Assembly: GCA_965203295.1 (NCBI GenBank) | Contig: CBDBCZ010000012.1 | Coordinates: forward strand, 384,001-448,000 | DNA length: 64,000 nt | Source of the DNA: Nitrospirales bacterium | Lineage (GTDB): Bacteria > Nitrospirota > Nitrospiria > Nitrospirales > UBA8639 | Direction of reading: 5' to 3' | Shown: piece by piece, positions 25,101-64,000 of the stretch | How positions within the stretch are numbered: position 1 is the first letter of the stretch | How the letters are laid out: every line of letters starts with the position of its first letter | Notes under the pieces: model-generated | Seen by the model: the letters and a program-made list of their open reading frames with translations, nothing else | The model's database searches: none | Told to the model about the DNA's origin: nothing | Program-made: the position numbers and the translations under genes

Positions 25101-25704
25101 CTGGCATGATGAACATCTTGAATGGATGGCATTTGTGTTTCTGGTAAAGAGCAAGCAATTTTGCTGTCTGTTGAGCAGACTGGGTAGTATTCCCAGCCTG
25201 GTTACACTCTCGGATCTTGGCCATGATCTTATCCATCTCCGGCCGAATGTTATTCAGCCTGGCAGCATTCGCTTGAACACGGACAGCAATTGGGAACATG
25301 ACAGTTCGTAGTACAATTGTACTGGCAACAATAGCTGCCCACCACGGTAAATGAGAATGAATGTAGAGATACTCCAGCGACCACTGAATCAAACCTACTG
25401 GGCTATAGCCACCAAGACCGAGGCTTGTGAAATCACCCTGCGACTGAAGTTCTAAAGTTGCAGCAGCATCTGCTATCCACTTTGCATCAGCTGACGTTTC
25501 TAACGTGGATTGCACTGCTGCAGAAGTTGGAGTATCTACCGTAGCAGGGAGTTCATCCACACTACTACATGATACGCTATACAGGAGGACTTGTGATTGT
25601 CGAGTGATCCATCTGTTCTTCTGGCTTGGCTTCAGAGCCTGCACTCGTCTTGTAAGTAATGGTAGCAACTGGTTAGCATATTTAAACTGGACTTGGCGTG
25701 CCAT
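16134..25704 (-). CDS. OXA1L: Mitochondrial inner-membrane insertase OXA1L; complement(join(16134..16267,20783..20948,21580..21684,24928..25704)), ~393 aa
   Basis: YidC/Oxa1 motifs: LGLGGYSPVGLIQ..LE..H..LPWWAAIV, QIPVFLSFFIAIRRMA, GGMLWFTDLTVPDPYYVLP, GLFMYWLT. All introns GT-AG with consistent phases. Confidence 0.93.
17344..17862. mobile_element. Tc1/mariner (pogo/Tigger-type) MITE, copy 1
   Basis: TA flanks; TIR ccgtatttccgtgatcagacgcc / ggcatctgatcgcggaaatacgg; repeated subterminal ctaatcgagggcggc motifs. Confidence 0.85.
18115..18558 (+). mobile_element. Helentron-associated (HINE/DINE-1-like) element, family A, copy 1
   Basis: 5' TTACCAGCCG...CGGCTGGTA hairpin, (GTTT)n microsatellite, 3' subTIR ccggctggt plus stem-loop gacatgaaatgtc, T-rich ends. 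Near-identical copies at 43599 and 47488. Confidence 0.8.
19014..19176. repeat. Long palindromic repeat with central CCTTCGG hairpin
   Basis: gggtcgagaggcacatacagcacgaggc-tggccttcg-gcctcgtgctgtatgtgcctctcgaccc, with outer arms ttattgcac / gtgcaataa. Confidence 0.8.
19290..20520 (-). mobile_element. Probable internally deleted Helentron/HINE-type element with a zinc-ribbon ORF remnant
   Basis: Right end (minus) ATTAACCCTCGGCGCGCGCATGCGCGAGGGTTA hairpin followed by a GTCY microsatellite; internal ORF MPLSKKCPDCGALTNVRRSHCSCG. Left boundary uncertain. Confidence 0.45.
24101..24861. mobile_element. TAG...CTA non-autonomous DNA transposon with 9-bp TSD (AcademH-like), in OXA1L intron 1
   Basis: ~65-bp TIRs tagtcccgcgggccagcccacttccgctta...; TSD cataagatg / cgtaagatg; internal Cys-rich ORF remnant MESDVSCLGCG on -. 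Confidence 0.85.
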
Positions 25705-26094
25705 CACTGTACACAGAACGACAGAATGCGGGTCACACGTGGCTCACGGCTAGAATAGGGCGGGGTCTGGGCATGCCCGTACTACTATACCTAGTCTCTG
25801 ACCTAGTCTCGTTCCCAGCCTGCAATCGAGGCTATGGATAAGGATACACGCCATACAAGAGCATTAATTATGTCTGACATTAATCCCTGTTCAGGGGTAA
25901 AATTGTGTCAGAGGGGTGACACTGTGGATATTATTTGTCCGGAGTGTTCCTATTGAGTACGTATGTAATTACCTGTCTTTGGCATGAGCATGAGAGAATA
26001 TAATTTGTCCAGAGAGGGCTTGGAGCTATTATTAATTATGTCTGGAGGTTAATACAATGTGATAATGAGTCTTAGTGATGATTCATTCTAGTTT

Positions 26095-26250
26095 TTAGAC
26101 GCCGAGACCAAGGGATCTACGCAATTTAGAAACCCGAAGGCCCGAGGCTGTAGCGTCCCGAGCGAAGCGAGGGCGCTACTAAGGGCCTGAGGGTTTCTAA
26201 ATCGCGTGGATCCCATTGGTCGAGGTGTCTAAGTTATTTAGACTATAGCG
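26095..26250. repeat. Palindromic repeat with GCGAAGC hairpin centre; inverted partner at 29806-29958
   Basis: tttagaaaccc...gtagcgtcccgagcgaagcgagggcgctac...gggtttctaaa. Confidence 0.8.
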
Positions 26251-26771
26251 CCCGTTACTATGTCCACAGGGCATGGGGTCTATATATAGACCCCATGCAT
26301 GGATATATGGGATTTAGATACCATGAGCTGACCAATGGGATTTCAAAGATTAGGCCTACTATAGTCTAAAGCCTCGTAGATCTACCCAGGCGCATTAAAT
26401 GCGCCTGGGTACGAGGCTAGTTTCATTAATGTTCTGAGGGTTTTGCAGGAATTAAGTGGTGCCTTGGGGTATGCCAAAATCCATTCCATTTTTCTATGGG
26501 GGTATATCTTTAATAAATGGAATAGCCCATTAGCTAGTCACGGGTCAACCCACTTCCGCTTAGAGGGAACGGGGGTCAGGCTCGTGAGACTATCATTTAG
26601 CAGTTCATCTACATTATTTACCTTTCCCATCACCCCATGTACACACCTTGCTGTAGATTAAAGAACTAGTACATGTAGCATGCAGCATGCAGAAAATAGT
26701 TTCGATTACAGTTGATTGTACACAATTGATCAAACTGTGTAGTACATAAAATCAGTCATAGTTTATCAATT

Positions 26772-54982
<28,211 letters not shown>

Positions 54983-55130
54983 CTTTAACTTCGCACATCG
55001 TGCGTGCTGTGGTTTGTCATGTGACTATCATGTGCTAGCAGATGCACTTGGCTGAGCTCCCTGAGCTCCTCCTTCGTTTCCATAGACACAGTACGTACCA
55101 ACCGGCAAGATCAAAGGCGGAGCTTGGCCT
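54983..55130. promoter_or_regulatory. Probable compact bidirectional promoter between ARFGAP2/3 and the + strand gene
   Basis: ARFGAP ATG at 54982; first + strand splice donor (GAG/gtattg) near 55155; CpG-containing spacer with a ggcggagc GC-box-like motif. Confidence 0.45.
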
Positions 55131-56496
55131 GAGGCTGAAGTTTACTGAGCTGGAGGTATTGGTGAAGTGGTGATTCTGCTATTATGCGTGCGTGTGGTAT
55201 CAGGATCTAACTTCTTCATAGAGCTCTCGCCGCTGACTCGGTACCGTGCGCTAGAGTTTGATGTAGCAACGTCCTAGCTAGCTAGCTATGAGCTGTATTC
55301 TAACGAAGCTGCTTGTAATTGGTAGATAGCTCTGTAGCTCACTTAGCGAAGAGAGCCCGATATAAATAGTATCAGGTTACCATTCTGCCTTGAGTTGGGA
55401 GAGCCTGGGATGTTATGTAACAACAGTGAAAATGTTTTTTTTTTTGCTTTACACAGCCAGCTCCTTTTAGACTGAGCTAGTGCCTATGAGGAGACAGCAT
55501 CATGTTCTGCTACAAGAGGTATGCATGTAATACTGTACTAGCCTGTGGATATGATCCTGGGTTGTCAGCATACATGTACAGGTTATCATGATTATCAATC
55601 ACATGTCACATGCTACTTTCATGCTTATGTGTAAATGTACTTATATTGCCTGCAGAGCTCAAGCACTATCAGGTTTGGCCCAGGGTAGAGGTGTTGTGGA
55701 TGGAGGAGTGGAGATCAATTGTCTTGCTGATGATAGGCGAGCATTTAGCCTATCCGTAAGTAGTACAAACTCTGTCAGTTGCAAATAGCCTTGCACAAGT
55801 GTAATGGTGGATTGTGTGTAGTAGACTAATTGCAGACTGTGTGTAGAGTAGGCTTATAGATTGTGTGTAGTAGACTAATTGCATCTGGTGTGTTAGTGGC
55901 ACTTGAACAATTTACGGGATTGGTATCTGGGCAATTTCATTGATTTATCAGCTAGTGATCAGTGAAGTGGGAGAATACTCTGTCAGTGATCATGCATGCT
56001 TGCTCTGCCTACCAATCCAGGGACAGCCACTTCTATTGCCATCTAATTCTCGCTTGGGGAGAAATGTCACACCTCATCGGCCACACAAGTTGGCACTGCC
56101 GAAAACCTTTGTAACTAAGCGAGGTGAACTAGAGGGGGGTTGAAATATCAGTGTCATACATGTGCTAACATTACATGTACAATTTAGCCTTAGTCAAAAG
56201 GTTACATACTGTCCATTACGTTGAAATAGCTCTGGTCAGTATTGGGATTGAGGAGATGTAAGGTTCTGCTTATCCCATTGGTTGAGCCTGATGGCATATG
56301 AGTATGCAGTTGAAATTTCTTCTGCTTCTGTCAGGCAAACTGTTGTCAAAAACAGGGCATCAGTACTGCAATAGCTGTACACTTACTGTCTGTATGTATC
56401 TGTATTTGCTTTTCTGTAAGGCTTTCACAAAGACCACTTATTCTCTTCACAAGGCCTCTACCAGTGATCAAATCTATCTCCCATTCTGCAGGCGCA

Positions 56497-59400
56497 ATGG
56501 TACTATTTACTGCTCAAGAGGACATGATTATTGGAAAATCCTGTCAAATCCATCATAAAGAAGCAAGGCATAAGGCCACAAGTAGTTTCAATACGAAGAC
56601 AGATCTATTTAACACCACCCTCAACTCTAATGCAGAGAAGGTACATGTACGTTAGTCTCGTGCCCAGCGACGGTCTGGGCACGAGACTACATGTACGTAT
56701 GTGAATGGGCTGTGAGCCACAGCAACACAATTGCAGGTTTTTCATGAGTGGTAATTTAATGCATTAGAGTTGTTAAACAATAGCTGTAGCTATGTCCCTA
56801 GCAGGATTTTTTCATGTACACAATACATCACAGCGAGCTCAATTAGCGCAAAATTATGCCTGTTTAGGATTCTGATGGTGAGAATGTGTATGGTGATGAC
56901 TGTGGCACAACCTATCCAGGACATTTTACAAATGTCTACTTAAGGAGCCTACAGCAAACAGTCCAGTAAGCTGCAAGCTAGTGATGTGTAGTATTTTGTT
57001 CACAGATCTAAATTAAGCAGTGATAATGTCGGCTGTGTTACCACATTTCTCTGTTAATATGATAGCTAAGTGAGTCCATCTTACACTCCCAGTGGGGGGG
57101 GGGGGGGAATTGTGAGCTCTAACACAACACTAGTGTGTTAATTTATTTCCAATTAATGGCTGGTGTAAGGTGTGATGACCCAGCTAAAATGACATTGCTA
57201 ACTAGCTCTGTGAAGGACATCTGATACCAGAATTGGCACCATACCATGCACATCACTAGATAGCTTAATTCCTTCATGGCCTAAAGGTTGCTGTGGTGTC
57301 CATGTTCAAAATTAAGATACCAAATCTATTAGATGTACCTACCGTAGCTAGGGAGTGTATCATGTTTGGAAACACATAAACCTTTCTATTTTTGACACAC
57401 TATACCTTTTGTTACAGGAAAACAAGGCAACTCTCCGAAGATATTGTCGTAGAAGATATTGAGACTAAAGGTGTGCTTATAAGTACATACCTGTATCTCC
57501 AATTCATATTGGGCAATTAAACGTAGCTATATGCTCATGTGTTGTAGAGAAGAATTCTAGCTACACACGTGCATAGGTACATGTATATACCAGTAGTGCC
57601 TTAGCTTTTGAGTCCCATTATGAATCATACCTTTTACTGATGACGGGTTCAGTATCTTGAAATCAGCTAGTGCATGGAGCACGTAGCAAAATCAGTATGT
57701 ACTCTTGTCATCACTTTATGTTGTTAGATTATTTTATTAAGATTAAACATCATACGCCTAATAGAATGTTTCCTATATCGTATGGATCTAGTTTATGGCC
57801 ACAGCAGAACTTGGCCCTGAAGAAAACTTGTTGAAATCTTTCTATCTCAACATTAGTGTGTACCTGCATAGCAAGACTTGTGACTGCTGATATTACGTAT
57901 TTAGTTTATTGCTACATACGTACGTACACATTGCAATGGTATGCTGTAAGTGTACTGTAGTGGTACTCTCGTTTAAATATACTAGATCCCTGATGTATGT
58001 ATGTGCACAGTTACAGGAAGGTCTCCCGCTCATCTCGACCAGCCTGGTGCATATGTTACACCTTTTAGGCTAATAAACATTAACAGCTGTAGTTGCTGTA
58101 TGGCCTCTATCTGGGATTAAACATCATTATTACCCCGTGCGTATTTACCCCGCGCGTATGCGGCGGGGTTAAGCGATTGGTTCTGTCTGTCTGTCCGTCC
58201 GTCCGTCCGTCCGTCTGTCCATCTGTTGTCTGTCCACTCAAAAATCGGGCTATCTCGCGATTTACAGGGTTAAACGATTGCTAAACACGACAGTAACATT
58301 GAAATCAAAAAAAAAATGTCCGGGTGTGTACCTGATAGTCGCCAAAGCGGTTCCATTCGCTGTATCTACAGCTCTTTCTTATTTAACAACGGTGCATTCT
58401 GCCATTTTAATACGGTCACAACTAGAATACGATAGAGGCCGGGCATATACGGACTCTGGTCACGTGTTCATATTGGCAATCAGTCACGCCCACCACTTCC
58501 CATAGGATATACAGAAATAATACGCGTACACGAGCGCTGTACACTCTGCGTGCGGATACACAGCTAGCCAGTGATATACATGTACACTCTGCCAACTACT
58601 CGATCAGCCCAGTCTGCAGTCCTGCCAGCTCCAAGTTGTGAATTATGCACCGCGGGGTATGTCTCTGCTAGAGACTTCTAGTTCACTATGTAATGGAATG
58701 CTTCTACTTGTGTCATGTTTATGTTTATTGAGTCTGGTATGGAAAACATTTGTTATGAATAGCTATAGTTTGTAGCTACAGTTGTCTTAGTGTACCATGA
58801 ATCCATAGGCCATCCCACCTTATTGGAGCCAATAGTCTTCATGGCACTTCCTTTTGCCATAGGTAATAGCCTTCCCCCACAATTCGCTACTTATTATATA
58901 ATGCTGTCTTTGTACACTTGGCCCAAAACTTGGGTGGTGTAAACACCCACATGGAGAGCAAACGTCTCTAATTTCCACTTTCTCAATACCTACTCATAAT
59001 CCTTTGTCTACCTAGTCCTGTAATCAGGAGTCATAATGTCTGCTCTTTCTCTCACAACCCCAACAAGCTGTCTTTGTTCGAGTCCAAGTGTCTTGTGGTA
59101 GCCGTGGTAATGGGATTCGGTCTCATCTTGCTTGAGAATTCTTATCGCCATACAATGTATGTTGAGTTGATATACATGTAGTAATAGTATTCTTGTATGA
59201 AGCCTCTTCAATGCAGGATGAAGAGTTTGAATTCCTCTTTGCATGTACAGGCCTTTATGTAATTGTAGCTGCTGACATTGCTAACTAAATTATCACTACT
59301 CCCAAATTATCACTACTCCCAAATTATCACTACTCCCATAGAGAATAAGGAAACACTTTGTGCAATGCTCTTGGGGATTACCTTGATGGTTGGTAATTGC

Positions 59401-62400
59401 TGTTTTAGTGAATAGATGAGTATGTGGGTACAAGTACATATACCTTTATACAGGTTGTCAACTGTGGTGGTCACAACAGTGATAGAATATCAGTAGACAT
59501 TGCACATGTGTTGAACAACTAGATTCCCAGTATGCTAAACAACTACATATACTATAGTAGAATTTGCCTCTGACCCCATTAAATGGCATTGTAAACATAC
59601 ATGTATGTACGTATAGCATAATATGTGAATGCAGGGTGTTTGCAGGCTCTGTAGTAAGTACGTATGACACCTGCTCTATTGTCCGGCATGTACGTATACA
59701 TTCACTCACCACCCCTAATTCTATGGCTAGTAATGTTTCATGGGGTTCACTTCATATATATATGCTAAACAACTACTTTTCCAAGCTTGATGAGGTTGAC
59801 AAGATCCCGTATATCGGATTGTTAGGCCCTGGAATTGGTGAGGTTACCCCCCATTGCTACTGACCCCACTAGAGAGCTAATTAATAGCTAGTTGGTAATA
59901 GGGTCCACCTTCAAGAAATTGAGGCCAAGACTTCTCCTCTTTTGTAGTTGCTGCTGGAGAAGGGTTTAATAGTGACTCTGGTTCCTAGGATTAGTAGTGC
60001 TGTTAATCGGGCTGATAAATTTTGAGGTTTAGTCACTCTTAGAACTGAAGAAATCTGTGGATGAGCTTCTGAACTTCCTTGTAGGCAAGTCAGTTGGTCT
60101 TTGTGACCTATTTCGTTTGGGTTGTCTCAAGAAAATTCTGACTCAGTGCCTCCTGGTCGTCCGTGGCCTGTGCTACTGACATTGATGTCCACCTGGGACA
60201 AGCATGAAGATCTCTTCCCCGAGGAATGTCTGAAATGTTGTGAACATTCTGGCTCTCACAGGGTAACAGGTTCTGAGGCAGCTGAATCTCACACTGCTTT
60301 CAATTCTCAGCCTTTGCCTGCCCTACCCCATTTTCTCAGTCCGTGTCACTTCTCTGCCTCAGTTAATGACTCTGGTTCTTCTGGTTCTCCTATAGCTACT
60401 CAGTGTCCATAACTACCTAGGCCCAAGGCTTCATCACTTTTGGTTAGTGTTGTTTAATTGTCGGGGCTGGTATAATGGTAGGTCTACTAGCTGTTGCCGA
60501 TCTTCTGAATTCCATAATAATTCAAGAGCACTTGCTCTTTAATGATCATCTAAAGCAGCTCATCTTTCGTCCCGATTATTCTTGGTGTGAATTCTTCTAT
60601 TTTGCTTTGTGGTTAGCCTTTTGATGAGTGTGGATTTTATTCAGGAAATCCTTGATCAGTTCAGTTACTACGCTCTCGCAACGTTATTGTGCCATAAGCC
60701 TAGCCTCGTACCCAGACCTTCCCTCACAGCTTTTTTCGCAGCTGTGGAAAAAATCGTAGGTTTATCTTTTTGCCACGGCTGCGAAAAAAGCTGTGAGGGA
60801 AGGCCTGGGTATGAGGCTACCGTAAGCCTTTCTGATCAGTCTGGTTATACTGTTTTGATAATTTGTGTCTACCTCCCTACTGATGACAGTACGTTATTCT
60901 CACATGATCACTTTCTCTATGTCGTGGGTGAATTGTAAGGCTTTGTCAGCTCTCAACCTTTTTAATAGTCTCCTGATCGTTGGTGATTTCAATGTTGTAT
61001 CGGAGTAGTCCTAATACCACACAATTCATGGAGAAGTTACGTAAATCTTGTTTCAGTGGATCTTCTTACCGTGCTAGTGTTCAGTTAATTTTTGAGGGTT
61101 CTAATAGCTCATCAGGCTTGATCACATTCTCACTCATCATCACTTTGCTTCTTGCTTTACCAATGTTCAAAAACTTGACATTGCTAGTAGTCTCTTTGAT
61201 TATTATCCTGTGTCTTTGTCTATAAAGATTTTTACATTCAGAATTTCTGTCACATGATTTCTGACTACCTCCCTGCTTTATCTTCAGATCGTGTCTCATG
61301 TTCTGGCCCATCCTGCTTGAAGCATCGGTCAACACTCGACTCCTACTGCTCTTCTCTTTTCTTATTGTATCTCTGACACTGCTGGACTCACACTCCTAGT
61401 TGCCGGTGAACCTTCTTCATGTATTGCTGGCTGGAATGATGATGCTGTTAAGTTTAAGTTTAAAGCCTAATTTTTGGCACAAAATCTGGCGCGATGTTGG
61501 CTCACTTTCTGCTGGTGTGTTATTACAATAGAAAGCTAAAAAGGAGGTATAAATAAGAGGATAGGCAACTTAAGTGTCAGAAGGCCCCTATCAGGAGGAG
61601 GTGAATGGCAACTGCTTTTGCCAACTCTAATTCCCATTACTTCCTCTAGAATGAGACTTACGAGAACAGGATTTATTACTATTTCCTACTGTTTTTCAGA
61701 AGTTAGATGATGATAATATTGCCCTGCACTTTTCAAACAAACTTTACACTCTTTTAACTTTGTATAGTTCTAATGCCTGTGACAGTCTTTTATGTCAGAT
61801 CAATGATAGTCTGGTTTCTGAGGATCTTAGTTCCGTGTCGATTCCTTGTGTTTGTTCAGGCTTTTGTTTGCTGAAGCAACACAAGAATGAGGGTACTAAT
61901 TTATTTTCTAATCATTTAATTATTACTCTGTTTGCTGGTGAACTGTTTATTGCGTACCTATTTACGTACTAGTATACGTCGTTGTGGTTACATGCTCTCT
62001 GTTCTTTGTGACTGTATTCTGGTATCCTACGTATGCTTTCAGACAACTACCGTCTTGTTGCTTTGGTGCCGACTCTTAGCAAGACTTCGGAGTGATGTAT
62101 AAGAAAGTCAGCCTCTGGACTTAAGAGGCAGCTCTCTACAACTTTGTGTACTGGTCTGATGAAGAAGGTGGTTTCTAAGTTGGTTCATGCCGGGTCTCAA
62201 GTATATGGCTGTTTTTTGATGCGAGTAAAGCTTTGATCATAGGTCCTCTTTTCTAAACTGATAGAGAGACTTCGATCCCTTGACCTTTGAATCATTTTTT
62301 AGTATCATGGTACAGGTCACTAAGAAAGCAAGTCAAGTGGAAAAATTCTCTGTTACTAATGGTGTTCGCCAAAGGGGTCTTTTTACAGTCTACCTAGATG

Positions 62401-64000
62401 ACCTCCTTGCTAGCTTGAAAAGTCTTGGAATTGGTTGCCATTGGGATGGCCTCTTGTTGGTGCAGAATACTGCGTGAATGACATTGCCTTCCTGGCCCCC
62501 TCACCTTCTGCTCTATGCCTGATGCTGAAGCACTGTGAGGAGCTAGAGGCTTGTCTATTAATGCTAATAAGACTCAGCTCATTCGTTTTGGTATTCAGCC
62601 TTCTCACTTGTGTTCAGCTATAATGCTATTCTCTGGTGTCTCATTATCGTTTGTTGAAGTTATTCATGTCTACATGGGAATGTCTTGGAGATCAATGACA
62701 TGATTTATACTATTTCTACTTAGTAGTCTATATTTATCCCTGCACCTGTATTGGTGTGTTATAAATAGTAAAAATAATAAATAAGTTTGTAACATATTTT
62801 GTAATGGTGGGGCCTCTTTCATTGTAATAGAGAGTGTTGTTACAGTGTGCTTGCTTCTTTCCACACACAAATACATTATGTAGAAATCCGAGTAGACTCT
62901 GAGCTTCCACTAGCATCAGAGTGTGACTCAGGTATCGGTCATTCAGGGAGGCTGTCAGCCATCAGCTATCACTCTGACGGGACAATAATCAACATACCAG
63001 ATGGACAAGAATCACAAGATTCAAGGTAATTGATTAAAGAGGTCTTAAAGGTTTCTCATGCTTTTGTTTCAGTGCTGCGTGAATGTAAGTGGCTCCATGC
63101 TACTCAATGCTTCGTGTATGGGCTAAATCTTTCCAGCCTAATTGCATAATCAATCACAGCAGGTAGGATGATAGACACTGCAGTAAAGATGTATTATAAA
63201 TGGAAAAATTATAACCAGTATAACATGTACGTGTGTGTATATGTAATTTCGGTTAGACGTTATCATTCTTTGATTACTTAAGGCAATCATTTGCTGAGGA
63301 AGACCATGCATATATGGGTGCTAAGACTGATGATGAATTGCCAGCCTGTATGGATGCTGCTCTGAGTGAGCTTAAGAAAGAATTGTCACATCACACGGTA
63401 AGCCTGAAGCTAGCCATAGTTTTATTTACGTATGTGCTTTTGTTTCTACACTATTTTTTTTACATTCTAGCCAATTATTTTTGCTGGGGAAAGTTACGAT
63501 TTTCTGATGGTTCACAGATTTTGATTTACAGTTTTACCTTAAAACATTGATGATGTTAGCAGGAAAATTTGTGTTCACAGTAGCTATAGCCCCACAAATT
63601 TAGAACCCATGATAATAACTGAGTAGGAATTAATCTTTAGACTTGTGTCCAGACCTTGGGTGTGAACTGCATACATATAGGAAGTAGAGAGATATGTAAT
63701 TATGGTTGTGTAGATATTTAAAAATACACTAGACAAATAATATTATGCTAAACTCTCTGCAGAAAAATTTTTACACCATAAATTATTTTAGTGGTCTTGT
63801 ATACCAGTATTTTACTCCTTCACATACATGAATGTATGCTGTTACGTTTAAAAAAAACTGTCATCTCACTTTTTGGGTACTGTATTTGTTGATTCACATG
63901 AATTCTATTTCATTCTCTCTTTGAGGTAAAACAAGTGAAGGGCAATGGTGTGAAGAGACGAGCAACAAAACCGGGAAGGAAACGAACTAAAGCACATGAA
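56497..64000 (+). CDS. Unidentified multi-exon protein, 5' part; join(56497..56640,56868..56965,57418..57470,58011..58046,62884..63025,63283..63397,63926..>64000)
   Basis: Seven GT-AG exons with mutually consistent phases (0,2,1,1,2,0) and no stops. Low-complexity acidic/serine-rich peptide followed by basic KRRATKPGRKR. Probable 5' UTR exons end near 55155 and 55518. Confidence 0.65.
56653..56689. mobile_element. 37-bp minimal TAG...CTA element with perfect 9-bp TSD
   Basis: catgtacgt|tagtctcgtgcccagcgacggtctgggcacgagacta|catgtacgt. Confidence 0.85.
58130..58683 (+). mobile_element. HINE/DINE-1-like element, family B
   Basis: 5' TTACCCCGCG...CGGGGTT hairpin, (GTCY)n microsatellite, 3' subTIR cgcggggta plus stem-loop gtctctgctagagac, end ctagtt. 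Confidence 0.75.
59288..59338. repeat. 17-bp minisatellite x3
   Basis: (aaattatcactactccc)3. Confidence 0.9.
60440..62700 (+). mobile_element. Old degraded LINE ORF2 (APE + RT)
   Basis: Broken motifs FNCRGW, IQEHL, ICVYLPTDD, IVGDFN, GWNDD, NYR, DASKA, NGVRQ, YLDDLL, NDIAFLAPSPSAL. Confidence 0.8.
60701..60819. mobile_element. TAG...CTA MITE with 9-bp TSD, inserted in the LINE
   Basis: TIR tagcctcgtacccagaccttccctcacagcttttttcgcagc; TSD ccataagcc / ccgtaagcc. Confidence 0.85.

Overview
Eukaryotic, intron-rich, transposon-dense animal DNA. The repeat and transposase styles suggest a non-bilaterian invertebrate such as a demosponge, but that is inference. Host genes I could assemble by hand: an intronless four-jointed (FJX1-like) Golgi kinase, a 4-exon OXA1L and a 17-exon ARFGAP2/3 (all on -), plus an unidentified multi-exon gene on + that is divergent from ARFGAP and runs off the right edge. 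Introns and intergenic DNA hold LINE, DIRS, pogo, P-like and Tc1-like remnants, Helentron-associated (HINE/DINE-1-like) elements and several MITE families. The most striking object is an apparently intact 2.47-kb TA-flanked IS630/Tc1-type DD34E transposon (9926-12396). It carries a second, convergent, intact and probably spliced gene encoding a PB1-like/SHOCT-like protein of unknown function. All assignments are by-eye motif recognition; no database searches were run.
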